Assembly (NCBI RefSeq): GCF_001194135.2
Contig: NC_069007.1
Location: 20,796,418 to 20,860,417, forward strand
Origin: Octopus bimaculoides
Taxonomy: Eukaryota
DNA: 64,000 nt
Direction of reading: 5' to 3'
Shown: piece after piece, positions 26,771 to 39,563 of the stretch
Numbering within the stretch: position 1 is the stretch's first letter
How the letters are laid out: each line of letters begins with the position of its first letter
Program-made: the position numbers and the translations under genes
The notes under the pieces: generated by a model
What the model saw: only the letters and a program-made list of their open reading frames with translations
What the model was told of the DNA's origin: nothing
The model's database searches: none

Positions 26771-27132
26771 CCTTTGTTACCATATTTTGTTACCACACAC
26801 ACACACACACAAATACACATGCAGACGTATACACATATAAGGATACACATCATAGAAGAATAGAGTGAACTAAGCAGAGCGAGAGCACTTTCGAAGACGG
26901 AAGTGCAGCCTCCTGGCCTGTCCAACCCATGCCAGCATAGAAAGCAGACATTAAACAATGATGATGAATAGTCTGGTCGATCATATAATCATATGATATT
27001 GGGTAAAGCTTTGATAATATTGATATAATTGCCTGTGAATATTGTTTTGATATTAATGATATCATCAACTGATAATATTCTTTTTCTCTAATTCTTCCTC
27101 CAGGGTGCTGTATATTCTCTGACCATCCCTCA

Positions 27133-30100
27133 ATGAACCACTCTCTGACCAAGCTATGGGCTGTGCTTGTTGCCTGCCGAATAATTTGGACCCTCTGGCC
27201 ACAACAGGGGTACATCCACCCTGATGAGTTTTTCCAGTCGACTGAAATCGTTGTCGGTTAGTATAATGAAAGAATCATCCTTTGTATCTAAGTTTCCAAG
27301 TGATTTTTGCCTCTGTTTGTATGTGCAGACACACATGTGGCCTTATTGGTGCACGCATGGCTGTGTGGTTGAGAAGTTTACTTCCTAGCCATGTGGTCTT
27401 GGGTTCAGTCCCACTGTGCAGCACTTTGGGTGGGTGTCTTCTACGGTAGCTCTGTGATGACGAAAGCCTTGTGGGTGGATATGGTATTTGGAAACTGAAA
27501 GAAGCCCACTGTATATGTATGTATATATATATATATATATGTATCTATTTGTATATGTGTGTGTTTGTGTTTGTTCCCCACTACGATTTGATGACTGGTA
27601 TTTGCTTACGTCCTTCTGACTAAGCAATTTGGCAAAAGAGACCAATAAAAAAAGTGCCAGATTTTCAAAATAAGAACTGGGGTCAATTTGTTCAACTAAA
27701 TCCTTTAAGGTGGTGCTCCAGTGGATATGGGACCTGGGAGAAGCCTATCACAGTCACAGCTGAGTCGACGTAGGCTTAAATAATAAGCGTGGTGGGCAAA
27801 ATGCTTGGCGGCATTTCACCCATCTTTCTGTTCTGACTCCAAATTCTGCCAAGGTCGACTTTGCGTTTCATCCATTCGGTGTCGATGCAATAAGTACCAG
27901 TTATACACTAGGGTCGACGTAATTGAGTCATCCCCACCTCCCCCAAGCTGCCCTTGTGGAAAAAAAAAATTTGAAATAATTATTATTATTATTATTATTA
28001 TTTTTTTTTTTTTTTTTAGGTGACATACTCAATTTGGATGTGGAAAGAACATGGGAGTTCAACAACACGCAGCCCCTTCGAAGTATTTTCTTCCTACACC
28101 TGATTTACGGGTTGCCTGTGAGGTTACTCGCCTTTCTGCAGAAACTTGGTCTTTTCGAAATATCTCCATATCTGCTTATCGTCGTTCCTCGACTTGCAGT
28201 CACTGCTTTGATGTTCACCGTTGATGCAGTCTTGTGGAAGTCAAGTAAATGCCTGGGTATCAAACCCTGGTTTTCTCTCTGCCTTTACGCCAGTTCCTAC
28301 GTGACTCTGACTTACTTGACCCGTACTCTCTCCAACACCATCGAATGTCTGCTCTTTGCGATCATCTTGTACATCGTCCTGCCGAAATTTGGCACCGGCT
28401 GCGGCGGTTCGAGCTCTTCACGTCGTACTAGAAAGCGACAGAGGCAGCAGAAAGAGGAACAGCAGAATCCGGTTTCCGTGGTGGACAATTCTGCTTCTGC
28501 CAAAGCAAACAAGAAAGCAGCCACTTCTGCAAAGTCTGCCAACGCTGTTGCTCCCTCCTCCGCAGCATCAGCGCCGACAAAGTCAGGAAAGGGCAAACAG
28601 AAAGGTAAAAAGACGAAAACGAACCCTGGCTCGAACACTGCACCACACGGGCAACAACAACAAAAGCAAAAACAGCAACAACAAAAACAACAACAACAAA
28701 AACAACAGCAACAAAAACAGCAAAAACAACAGCAGCAACAAAAACAGCAAAAACAACAGCAACAACAAAAACATTCACAGAAGCAACAAAAACAACACCA
28801 CCAACAACAACAACAACAGCAACAACAAGTATTGAACTCGCAAAAAAATCACCAAACATTCAGTGAAACTGATTTTGTCAAGACTGAACTGTGTGTCTTG
28901 GCTTGCTGCTTCGTTGCCGGTACCTTCAACCGACCTACGTTTCCATTGTTTGCCGTGACACCAATTCTTGCATGGTTCTATTGCACTTGTCGCACCAAGC
29001 CTGCAACTCTAGTGAAAAACATGGCCCTGTTCGTGTTGTTCTCCTTGCCTGTGTGCATCGTCTTTGTCTGCGTCGACATGTTCTACTACCGGATCTCACC
29101 AACAGACTTCTTCAATGCACTCGATGACTGCATGCACCTCGGCGGGCCTGCCAGTGTGACTCTATGTGCATGGCGCGTACTAGCAACTCACGTTACTGTT
29201 ACCCCATTCAACTTCCTCCTTTATAATACGCAGGTCACTAACCTCGCCGGACATGGGCTCCACCCATCCTATCTCCACGTCCTCATCAACATGCCCCTTC
29301 TTTACCATATTCTCTACATCCTTTTCTTCTACAATATTTACCAATGCTTTAGCCAGTCCACAAAGCTCCTCATCCCCTCTTGCGTGCTGTCTTTATTTGT
29401 CGTTGTACCCGTTACCATACTCTCAATTTTCCCTCACCAGGAACCTCGCTTCTTGCTGCCACTTCTACCATTACTCGTCCTCATTGGTGCGCTGGTGATC
29501 GAGCAATGCAAATGGAAGTATGCTATGCATTTGTGTAGTACTTGGGTGATTTCTAACCTTGTCCTGGCCTTCTTCTATGGGTTTCTTCATCAAGGTGGAG
29601 TGATTCCAAGCCTGATGACTGCTAAATACAACCAGATTTCACCGCCACTCGATTCCACTGGCATTTCCGCTCCGTGTGGAAGCAGCAGCAGCAGACAGGA
29701 CCACCTTGTGTTCTACCACACATACATGGTACCGAAACACTTGTTGCTTAACCAACACGATAACATCACCTTGGTTACTCATGATCTGAGGGGGGGTGCC
29801 ATGCCTCTGTTGACTGACCTCTTGCACAAACTGCTCTCTGACGACAACAACAAAAATAGTTACCATAGCAGCAAAAACAACGACGAGAACCTATTNNNNN
29901 NNNNNNNNNNNNNNNNNNNNNNNNNNNNNNNNNNNNNNNNNNNNNNNNNNNNNNNNNNNNNNNNNNNNNNNNNNNNNNNNNNNNNNNNNNNNNNNNNNNN
30001 NNNNNNNNNNNNNNNNNNNNNNNNNNNNNNNNNNNNNNNNNNNNNNNNNNNNNNNNNNNNNNNNNNNNNNNNNNNNNNNNNNNNNNNNNNNNNNNNNNNN

Positions 30101-30232
30101 NNNNNNNNNNNNNNNNNNNNNNNNNNNNNNNNNNNNNNNNNNNNNNNNNNNNNNNNNNNNNNNNNNNNNNNNNNNNNNNNNNNNNNNNNNNNNNNNNGCA
30201 CAAAAAATAAAACAAGTGGAAAAAAAATGTAA
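27133..30232 (+). CDS. PIGZ: GPI mannosyltransferase 4 (PIG-Z/SMP3 family); coding exons 27133-27256 and 28020 to at least 29895; the C-terminus and true stop are hidden by the gap at 29896-30197, so the end coordinate is nominal
   Basis: Exon 1 encodes MNHSLTKLWAVLVACRIIWTLWPQQGYIHPDEFFQSTEIVV and is joined in phase 1 to GDILNLDVERTWEF. Family motifs are present: GYIHPDEFFQS, SYVTLTYLTRTLSNTIE, FNRPTF, TPFNFLLYN, HQEPRFLLP, LHQGGVIP, YHTYMVPKHLL. The protein has multiple TM segments. An acceptor at 27102-27103 implies an upstream non-coding exon. Confidence 0.93.
28652..28828 (+). repeat. Coding (CAA/CAG/AAA)n tract encoding a Gln/Lys repeat inside PIGZ
   Basis: Translates in frame as QQQQKQKQQQQKQQQQK...QQQQQQQQQ. 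Confidence 0.95.
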
Positions 30233-30548
30233 TAACAAAGAAAAGTAATGGCAAAACAAAAAATATTTAAAAGAAAATCTCAAAAAAAAAAGGAAAAAAT
30301 GCAAATCTAAAGTTTTTATTCTATCATCATTTTTCATTATTGTTGTTATTGATATTGTTATCATCAATGTATTTGTCACCATCATCTACCTCCTCCTCCT
30401 CCTCTTCGTCATCATCATCGTCATCCTCACCACCACCACCATCCATCTTATCATCATCGTCACCACTACTACCGCCACCACCACCACCACCATCATCATC
30501 ATCACTTGTCACCATCATCATCAGCATTACCATTGTCACCATGTAGAT

Positions 30549-31109
30549 TAGTGTTTCTTAACCATTTTCCAACCATTGGACCCCTTTAATCCCTATTTTA
30601 CTCAGGTGGACCCTCGTAGTTGTTTGATGTTTAAAAATATTCCCTGTTTTTATGATTAAATATTTTTAGGAATTGTATTAAAAAAAAACCAAATTAAAAT
30701 AATTTATGTATTGTAGAAATATAACTAATTTATTGCAGATAAATTTTAACAACAAAATCTAATGCGGACCCCCTAAGGGTCATGTTGGACCTTGGCTGAG
30801 AAGCACTGACCTGGACCATTGCAAAGAGATTGTAGCAGAGGACCGATTCCACCTGGCTTGCCACATTCTCTAACTCGGTGGTTCTCAACTGTTCTTTACT
30901 TGTGGGCCCTTTGGTCCCTATTTTACTTTGTTGAACTCCCAGAGCCCTTTGATGTTTTTGGAATTAAATGTTGTTAGGAATTGTATAAAAACAAATTAAA
31001 ATATTTTGTGCATCATAGAAGTGTAAGCAGTTTATTGCACGTTAAAATTTAATAACAAAATCTTACATGGCCCCACAAGGGCCACGTGGACCCCAGTTGA
31101 GAGCCACTG
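30549..31109. mobile_element. Two tandem hAT (Charlie-like) MITEs (30549-30808 and 30876-31109) flanked as one unit by an 8-bp duplication
   Basis: Termini resemble cagtg(g/t)ttctcaac...gttgagaaccactg. The identical 8-mer ATGTAGAT lies at 30541-30548 and 31110-31117. A truncated relative starts near 52417. Confidence 0.78.
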
Positions 31110-34100
31110 ATGTAGATCATTGTCATTGTCATCATCATTATCATCATCAACGTCCTCATAATCATTGTTGCCGCCATCATCGTCACCACCACCACCACCA
31201 CCATTGTCATCATCATCATCATCAACATCATCATTTTTATTATTGTTGTTATTAAAGCAATGGATTGGCACATTGAGTAGAAAGACAGGCAAGATGCCTG
31301 GCAGAATTTCACTTGTCTCCTTTTACATACAGAGTTCAAATCTCATCTGAACTGACTTTGATTTTGGCTCCAGTAGTGAAGTATTTTCTGGTTCCTTTCT
31401 TTCCAGACATCATCACCATCAACATTGTTTAACATTTGTCTTCCATGCAGCCAGGGGTAGGATGGTTGACAGGAACCAGCCTGGTAGAAAAACTACCCTA
31501 GGCTACAGTGTCTGTTTTGGCAGGGTTTTTACGGCTGGATGCCCTTCCTAACACCAACCACACTGCAGAGCAGACTCAGTGCTTTTTACGTGGCACCAGC
31601 ACAGGTGAAGTTAGTTTTGGCAAGATTTTTACTGTCGGATGCCCTTCCAAGCGTGGCACTAACAATGGTAGGGTCACCAAGTAACTCGCAAAACAAGGAA
31701 TTATGAGAGGAGCAGGGGAATTTGTGACAGAGAGTCATAATACCTGAAATGAGATTAATTGTATGAAAGTAGCTGAGGTATAAGTGAATGGTTAAGAAGT
31801 TTACTTCTTAATCACAAGGTTTAGGGTTCAATCCCATTGTGTGGCATCTTGTCTAAATGTCTTTTACTATAATCCTTTTGCCAACCAGGGTATTGTACAG
31901 ACAGAAACTATGTGGAAGACCACTGGATAGATATAGCACCTGTAATTGAAATGTCCAGCTTTCTTATTTTCTTATGTTAATTCCATCTGAGAAATGCAGT
32001 GTTGGTGCAGATGTTCATAAAGTTCTTGATGCAGCAGCTCAAACCATGTTGGTAACTAAAAGAAGAGAAAACGGTCAAACTTTAGCTACATGAAAACACA
32101 ATCACCACCTTACTGGCAGTATATATATATAGATATATCTATCATCATCATCAGCATCGTCGTTTAACATCCGCCTTTCATGCTAGCATGGGTAGGACAG
32201 TACCACAAGAGCCAGCCAGGCCGAAGCCTGCACCAGACTTCTGTGACTGTTTTGGCAGGAGTTTTACAGCTGGATGCCCTGCCTAACACCAACCACTTTA
32301 CTATGTGGACCGGGTGCTTTTTAAGTGGCACCTGCACTGACAAGGTCAACAAGTACTTGCAAGACAAACACTTTTTAAGAGGGGAGGAGGTGATGATGAA
32401 GGGGTTACAGTGAGACGGATACAGGTGACTTGCTGTAGAGGAAGTACATGGTTACCTGGCCGGATAGAAAAACATCAGGAATGACGACAGGAACAGGTGT
32501 GCCGCTGCAAAGAGAATACACGGTTGCCTATCCTGAGGGAAGCGCAGGAGAAGGAAAGGGGGAGTAAATATATATATATGAGTAAGTGGACAAATGAAAG
32601 AAAGAGCCCTCAATACATTTATTGGGAGTTACATGGATCATTTGGGTTATTACCAGCCTGATGGGAAAAGCTCCATTAGGGCCTTCGAAACTTGAAGTAG
32701 CATGGAATCCAGATCAAACTGTTTTGAATATATAATGGACTCTTCCGTCGGAAATGCCGTTTGAGCGTTTGCCTTTTTCCACACACATGTATTTATACAC
32801 AAACACACACAGCAAATTATACAAACTGTGGTACCTCTTTGCAGCTAGGTGAACTGAGTTTATTGACAATTGGCCATGGAACAATACAAGTGACTGACAG
32901 CACAACATGGTACCTATTTACAGCTAGGTAGACTTAGCCATGGAAAGAGAACTTTAGCTACTGAAGATGGGGATTGAACCACACAAAGCTCAATTAATAA
33001 TTAGGTTGATACACAACTGATACAGCTGTCTCCAGATCTTAATCAATATATATATATATCAGGATTTTAAAATGTAATTAATTGCCTATTAAATGTTTGA
33101 GGTCAAAAGGTCAATGTTCATTTCTGTGAAATATTGTTCTTTTGGCTGTGTTATGAGGAAGAATTATGTGACTTGGATCTGAAGTATTCCTGTATTCACA
33201 TACAAGTCACACATATATGCACATACACACATCTATATATATATGTATGTGTGGTATGAAGCTAACTTCTCAACCACATAGATCTGGGTTCAGTCCCACT
33301 GTGTGGCACCTTGGGCTGCTATCTTCTACTATAGCCTTGGACCGACCAAAGCCTTATGAGTGGATCTGGAAGACGGAAACTGAAAGAAACCCGTTGTGTA
33401 TATATGTGTGTGTGTGTCTGTGTTTGTCCCCCTAGCATTGCTTGACAACTGATGCTAATGTGTTTATGACCCTATCACTTAGTGGTTCAGCAAAAAGAGA
33501 CCGATAGAATAAGTACTAGGCTTACAAAGAATAAGTCCCAAGGTTGACTTGATCGACTAAAGGTGGTGCTGCAGCATGGCCGCAGTCACATGACTTAAAC
33601 AAATAAAAGAGTAATAGAGTATATATATATGTATGTATATATATATATATATTTATGTGTCTGTCCCCCCCCCCCCAATCAAGGTTCTACAGCCGTGGGA
33701 CTGAACCTGGAACCTTACAGTTGGGAAGCAAGCTTCTAACCACACAGCCATGTCACACCACCGCCATACCTCTCATTACCAGCAACAGCAGCAGCTCATT
33801 AGCCATAAAACAATGAACGCTATGAGAATAACCAATTAAGTGTGTTAATAATTAATGAAGGTGGAGTGTCGGGTAGGGGTTGGGATGGAGACAACCAGCT
33901 GTATCCCAGTCGATTAGTTGTTGTTTAGCCCCGGGTCAGTTTTGCTCCAAGCAAGCTTCTGATCAAAAGTTTTCCATCTGTGACCACCTTATCATTTATT
34001 TTTGTTGTTTTGTTTTAAATACAGTGTATCTAAGGTTACATCATCCAATGTCCCCATTGTTCCTCAATATAGCAAGCTGTTCCTGAACCTAAGAGACATA

Positions 34101-34874
34101 AAGAGTGAATATGCAAAGGGCTGACACCCTGACCAAGAAAGAAAGCCAAAATTACACCACCGACGCCGATGTTGCTGCCACCAATGCTTCCGCCGCCATC
34201 ACCACTACATTGTCAACACCACCACCACAACCACCATCACCGCACACATGCACACTGATGGCAAAAGAGTTACATATTGAAGCGGAGGTGGTGATGCTGG
34301 CAATGTGGGGGGGGTGTAGGGTGCAAGGGGATGGTTTATGATTTATGATGCCAGTGTATGTATGTGTGCACATGTGTATGTACATGCATGCATTCTGCAT
34401 ACCTGATTAATTAATTAATTATTGCATGATAAGTTGTTAGGGGAATGTGTGTAGGTAAGGGGTGGGGAAAGGGGGATGGAGAAAGAGAAGGACAATGACG
34501 TGACCTTTCCATTATACACCCATGCTCTTATGTATACACACGCAATATGTGTATGAATATGCACATATATAAATTACACAAATTTGTGTACACATGTATT
34601 TTTCTATGTATATTTATGATATATATGGATGTGTATACATACATACATGCATATATATATATGTGTATGTGTGTGCTTATGCACATTTTATATGCATATT
34701 CATGATATATGTATGTGTGTGTACATATTTACATATATACATATACACATATGTGTATGTATATATATATATGTAGTATATATGTTTATGTGTGTATATA
34801 TATATATGATCGAATGCCACGCACTGTCTCCAAGTAAGTTTTATATATATATCATCATATATATATTTATATAT

Positions 34875-34913
<39 letters not shown>

Positions 34914-34989
34914 CACACACATATGATGCAGCTCTCAACAGACCGTACCAGGCTGGCCGGACAGGATCATTCAGACCAAGCGAAGAATT

Positions 34990-37900
34990 ATGAAGTCAAC
35001 ATTTTTTGCCATGCTCACTTTCATAGCATATCTGGTAATCTTCTCACTCAGTAAGTTCAATAGAATATTTCTACAACATTTCTGCTACAGCGCCAAGAAA
35101 GGGAAACAGTCCCCTATTGTTGCTTAAACCCTTGGTCACCATCAGGTCAAGTAGCTTCCATGATCGAAAATGCTGCAGCTTTGGTTTGGTTGTATTGTTT
35201 CAGTTGTTTCTTTCTTTTCTTTGAAGTTGCAGCACAGTGCATCTAAGACTACATCAGTTGCAGTGCGGTCAAGAAGTTCACTTCCCAATCATCCAATCAT
35301 ATGGTTTTAAGTTCAATCTTACTGTCTGTTATCTTGACCAAGTATTTTTTTTACTGTAGCCCTTGGACAACCGAAACCTACCAAAAAGCCTATCACACAC
35401 ACAGACACACATACATACATACACATATATGTATGTACATATGTACATACAAGGGTATGTATGTATATATGTAAATACAAGGGTATTTGCAGGGAATCTG
35501 CCTTCCCCCAATAGGGGGGAAGTATTCGGTAGACATGGTGGTTTTACACCTTTTATCATAAGAAAGAATTTTTTTCTCCATGGTAACTGCAGTGAATTTG
35601 CCGTAAGAAGCTGAAATATGTCACAGACATATTTTAACTAACCTAAAGTTTGTGCTTATTTCTAACTACTGCTTGGTACTAAAACTGCAATGTTCGTCCT
35701 GACCTGGTGTTCCACTGGCGCTATTCAGTTACTGATGCTATGGTTTTGAATCTCTCTTCAGTATTTTCCATGGAAGAAGGCTAAAGAGCCAGAAACGTGG
35801 ATCTGGGAATCCACTAGGGGGAAACACTGGAAAGATAGGATGTTTTTATACTGTTTACCATAAGAGAGAGAGTGGAGGTGCAATGGCCCAGTGGTTAGGG
35901 CAGCGGACTCGCGGTTTCGATTCCCAGAGCGGGCGTTATGAGTATTTATTGAGTGAAAACACCTAAAGCTCCACGAGGCTCTGGCAGGGGATGGTGGCGA
36001 ACCCTGCTGTACTCTTTCGCCCCCAACTTTCTCTCACTCTTTCTTCCTATTTCTGTTGTGCCTGTAATTCAAAGGGTCAGNNNNNNNNNNNNNNNNNNNN
36101 NNNNNNNNNNNNNNNNNNNNNNNNNNNNNNNNNNNNNNNNNNNNNNNNNNNNNNNNNNNNNNNNNNNNNNNNNNNNNNNNNNTTCCACCACAACTTTCTC
36201 TCACTCTTTCTTCCTGTTTCTGTTGTGCCTGTAATTCAAAGGGTCAGCCTTGTCACACTCTGTGTCATGCTGAATCTCCCTGAGAACTATGTTAAGGGTA
36301 CACGTGTCTGTGGAGTGCTCAGTCACTTGCACGTTAATTTCATGAGCAGGCTGTTCCGTTGGTCGGATCAACTGGAACCCTCGACGTCGTAAGCGACGGA
36401 GTGCCAACAAAACCATAAGAGAGAATTTTTCTTCTCTATGGTAACTATTGTGAATTTACCTTTAGAAATTAAAATATATGCCAAACCTATTTTAATTAGC
36501 CTAAAGTTTGTTTAGTCATATCAGGACTGACCTAGGGTTATACAACAATAACAATAGATATAATTTTATCTCTGTGGACATTTTTCTTCTTTATTTTTTT
36601 CTTTTCCCATTTCCAGATTTCCAAATTGTAAAGGCTGATGAAGATGACACGTCCCCTTACATCGTTGATGGAAAGGCAACGAAAAGATGTAGCATCCCTT
36701 ATATTGTGAAACTGAGGATTTTCAGATCTAGCAAATCCGTAGCTTATTGCAGTGGTACATTACTTGACAACTACCATATCCTCACAGCAGGACATTGCAT
36801 GTAAGTAGACTATTACCATTTCAAATGGCTTGTGTATGTGTCATCATCATCATCATGATCCTCCTCCTCCATATTCTATTGGTCTCTTTTACTGAACTGC
36901 TAAGTTAAAGGAACATAAACACACCAACACTGGTTGTCAAGAGTGGTGGGAGGACAAACACACACACACACATGTATTTTTTACGATGGTCTTCTTTGAG
37001 TTTCCATCTACCAAATCCACTTGCAAGGCCTTAGTCGGCCCGAGGCTATGGCAGAAGACACATGTCCAAGATGCCATGCAGTGGGACTGAACCCTGAACC
37101 ATGTGGTTGAGAAGCAAGCCTCTTACCACACAGCCACACCTGCACCTATAATGTTTATCTGTTTTCTGTTGTTTTCTTTTGCACTTATTTATTTATTTTT
37201 TTTTGTTTTGTTTTTAATTATTCCAGAAAGAAAAAAAAAGTAAAGACAATTCGTGTGGATGTGATCATCACATCAAATAAGAAAACACAAAAATTCAGAG
37301 TCAGGGATTGGATTATCCACAAGGGCTACAAATATAATACAATTCTCGGTTTGTAATCCAAGTTTCTTTTAAATTCGTTTCATTGTCATCATGTCATTTA
37401 ATGTCTGCTCTTTTTCCATGCCCAAATTTGTAGCACAAAGTTTGTTGAGGCAGATTTCTTACATCTGGATGTACACATATGTACACACACACATATATAC
37501 ATACATACATATATATGTATGTATGTATGTAGATACACACTGGTTATCAAGCAGCAGTGGCAGACAAACACAAACACACACACACACATACGTGTATTTT
37601 TTACAATGGTCTTCTTTCAGTTTCCATCTACCAAATCCACTCGCAAAGCCTTAGTCAGCCTGAGGTTATGGCAGAAGACATGTGTCAAGGTCGGCAATGG
37701 TCTTCCTTGGTCACGAGTGGACAGCCATCAGATACACACACACACACGCGCTTATATGTATATATATATATCCTCTAATTCCTTATGTACTTTGTACTTC
37801 TATATGTAAACCAGGTTGGCAAAATAACATAGTCCGCCATAGACACCTGTGCTTTGGTTCTTTCTTTCTTTTTCTTTTCTTCCTTTTTTTGTCACTTTTG

Positions 37901-39563
37901 CTATGAATTAAATTAATGAATTCAACGGGATACACCGTCTGCAAGTAGTTGGGTTCAGCATATTATCCTCCATTTTCTAATTGTTACACATATATATATA
38001 TACATATATCCATCCCTTTCTCTGTTTATTTCCTTCTGCAGTGAACGACCTCGCTGTCCTGACCCTAAAGAAACCAGTTCAGTACAATGCCTGTTTGAAA
38101 CCGATTCAGCTGCCAAAAGAAGACGACCACATTACTCGAGTTTGCACCATCAGTGGCTGGGGTTTTACAAAATGTAGGTAACATCTCTTTTACCCTTATT
38201 CCTTTATGGTCCCTTTATGGTTTTTAAGTGTGAAATGAACACACAACTCCCATGGTTTTTGCTGGGCCCTGCTAAACTGTTGGTTATTGTAGTTGTTGTT
38301 GTTGTGGTTACCCCAGTAAATGTTGTTGTAGTGGTTGTTCTTGTTGTTGCCCAAATTGATGTTGGTGATAGTCCTGGGTGTAATTTTAAGCAACATCAAA
38401 TGGCAGGACTTCTGGTCTTCCATAAATAACTTTGCCCAGACTTGTGCCTTGGAGGGTAACTTTCTAGTGCAATCCCATTGTCATTCATGACCAAAGGGGG
38501 TCTTTACCCTTTGCCCTTTATCCTATTCTTCAGTCCTTGTAACAACTGAATTTAGCAAACTCTTCAAGTGTTTAACCGTTTCCAACTATGGAACCTCAAG
38601 TTTTATGCTTCTGCTCTTTGAATGATGTATTTTCAGTTAATGATACACGCATGTCGAATTCCCTGCATTATTCCAACATGGTAATTAGATCCCCAGAGAC
38701 ATGTGAAATGATGGGGCCAATGGACAGACGGTACCATCTCTGTACGGGAGACTTCCATGAAGGTGGGCCGAATATATGTAAGGTGAGTTACCCAATTATT
38801 GTTGTTGTTGTTGTTTAGCTCTCACATCAGCCCTGTTCAACTATAAGTCTGATTAGGGTCAAAAATATTCTAGCCATGACTGTTAATTAGGGGTCCTCAA
38901 CCAGGCTCCATATGGGCCTGGAGAACCATATAAGATTTTTGGGAGTAGTTTGTACTTTGTCAGGGACCATGAAAAAAAACTGTGCTTCAGATGAATAAAG
39001 TTTATGTCTAATAAATTGGTTATACTCAGTGGTTAGAGTGTCGAGCTTACGATCATGAGGTTGTAAGTTCGATTCCCGGACTGGGCTGTGCATTGTGTTC
39101 TTGAGCAAGACACTTTATTTCACGTTGCTCCACTTAACTCAGCTTCTAATCCTTGGTTCCACACCTGATATATATATATATATATATATAATCAAAATAA
39201 GTAACAGGATGTCAAGTATTAGTGCAATATGACTGTTTCAAGTGGCTCCATTTAATTGAACAATGTAATCATTACATCAATTTAAATTCAGTGCTATCTT
39301 CAGTTGCGATAAACATAGATTTTCAACAAACAAGGTATATTAATGTATATATATATATATATATATTTCTACCCATGTGTATATTGTGTTATTTCTTCCA
39401 ACAGGGTGACTCTGGTGGACCTCTGGTTTGTTATTTACCCAATAAAAAGGAAGTGCTACTCGGAGTTTCTTCATTTATCTTCGACTGTAATGGAAATTTT
39501 GCTGTGTTCACAAACGTTATAACCTATGTGAAATGGATTAAGAAACAGATGATGGAATCTTGA
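34990..39563 (+). CDS. Secreted S1A (chymotrypsin-family) serine protease, about 267 aa; exons 34990-35050, 36617-36800, 37227-37348, 38042-38173, 38637-38782, 39405-39563
   Basis: Signal-peptide-like MKSTFFAMLTFIAYLVIFSLNFQIVKA, propeptide DEDDTSPY and mature N-terminus IVDG. The catalytic triad motifs are TAGHC (His57), NDLAVL (Asp102) and GDSGGP (Ser195). All introns are GT-AG, phases are consistent, and the total is 804 nt. Exons 1 and 3 are not in the ORF track and were read directly from the sequence. Confidence 0.9.

Noticed and set aside
19750-27100. Search for an NCBP2AS2-like small ORF between NCBP2 and PIGZ
   Set aside because: No ORF resembling MVLRxL...RRAA was seen by eye on either strand. 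A tBLASTn search would be needed to exclude it.
28249-29866. Alternative-frame and antisense ORFs inside the PIGZ and BCS1L exons and the ZNF arrays
   Set aside because: They are shadows of the real CDS and of low-complexity codon repeats, with no independent signal.
30198-30232. PIGZ C-terminus TKNKTSGKKM*
   Set aside because: The frame across the 302-N gap is unknown, and the conserved PIGZ C-terminal motif is not visible.
39025-39085. tRNA-like sequences with A/B boxes (also ~16350, 35880, 53120)
   Set aside because: No complete cloverleaf, and each continues into a SINE body, so these are SINE heads rather than tRNA genes.
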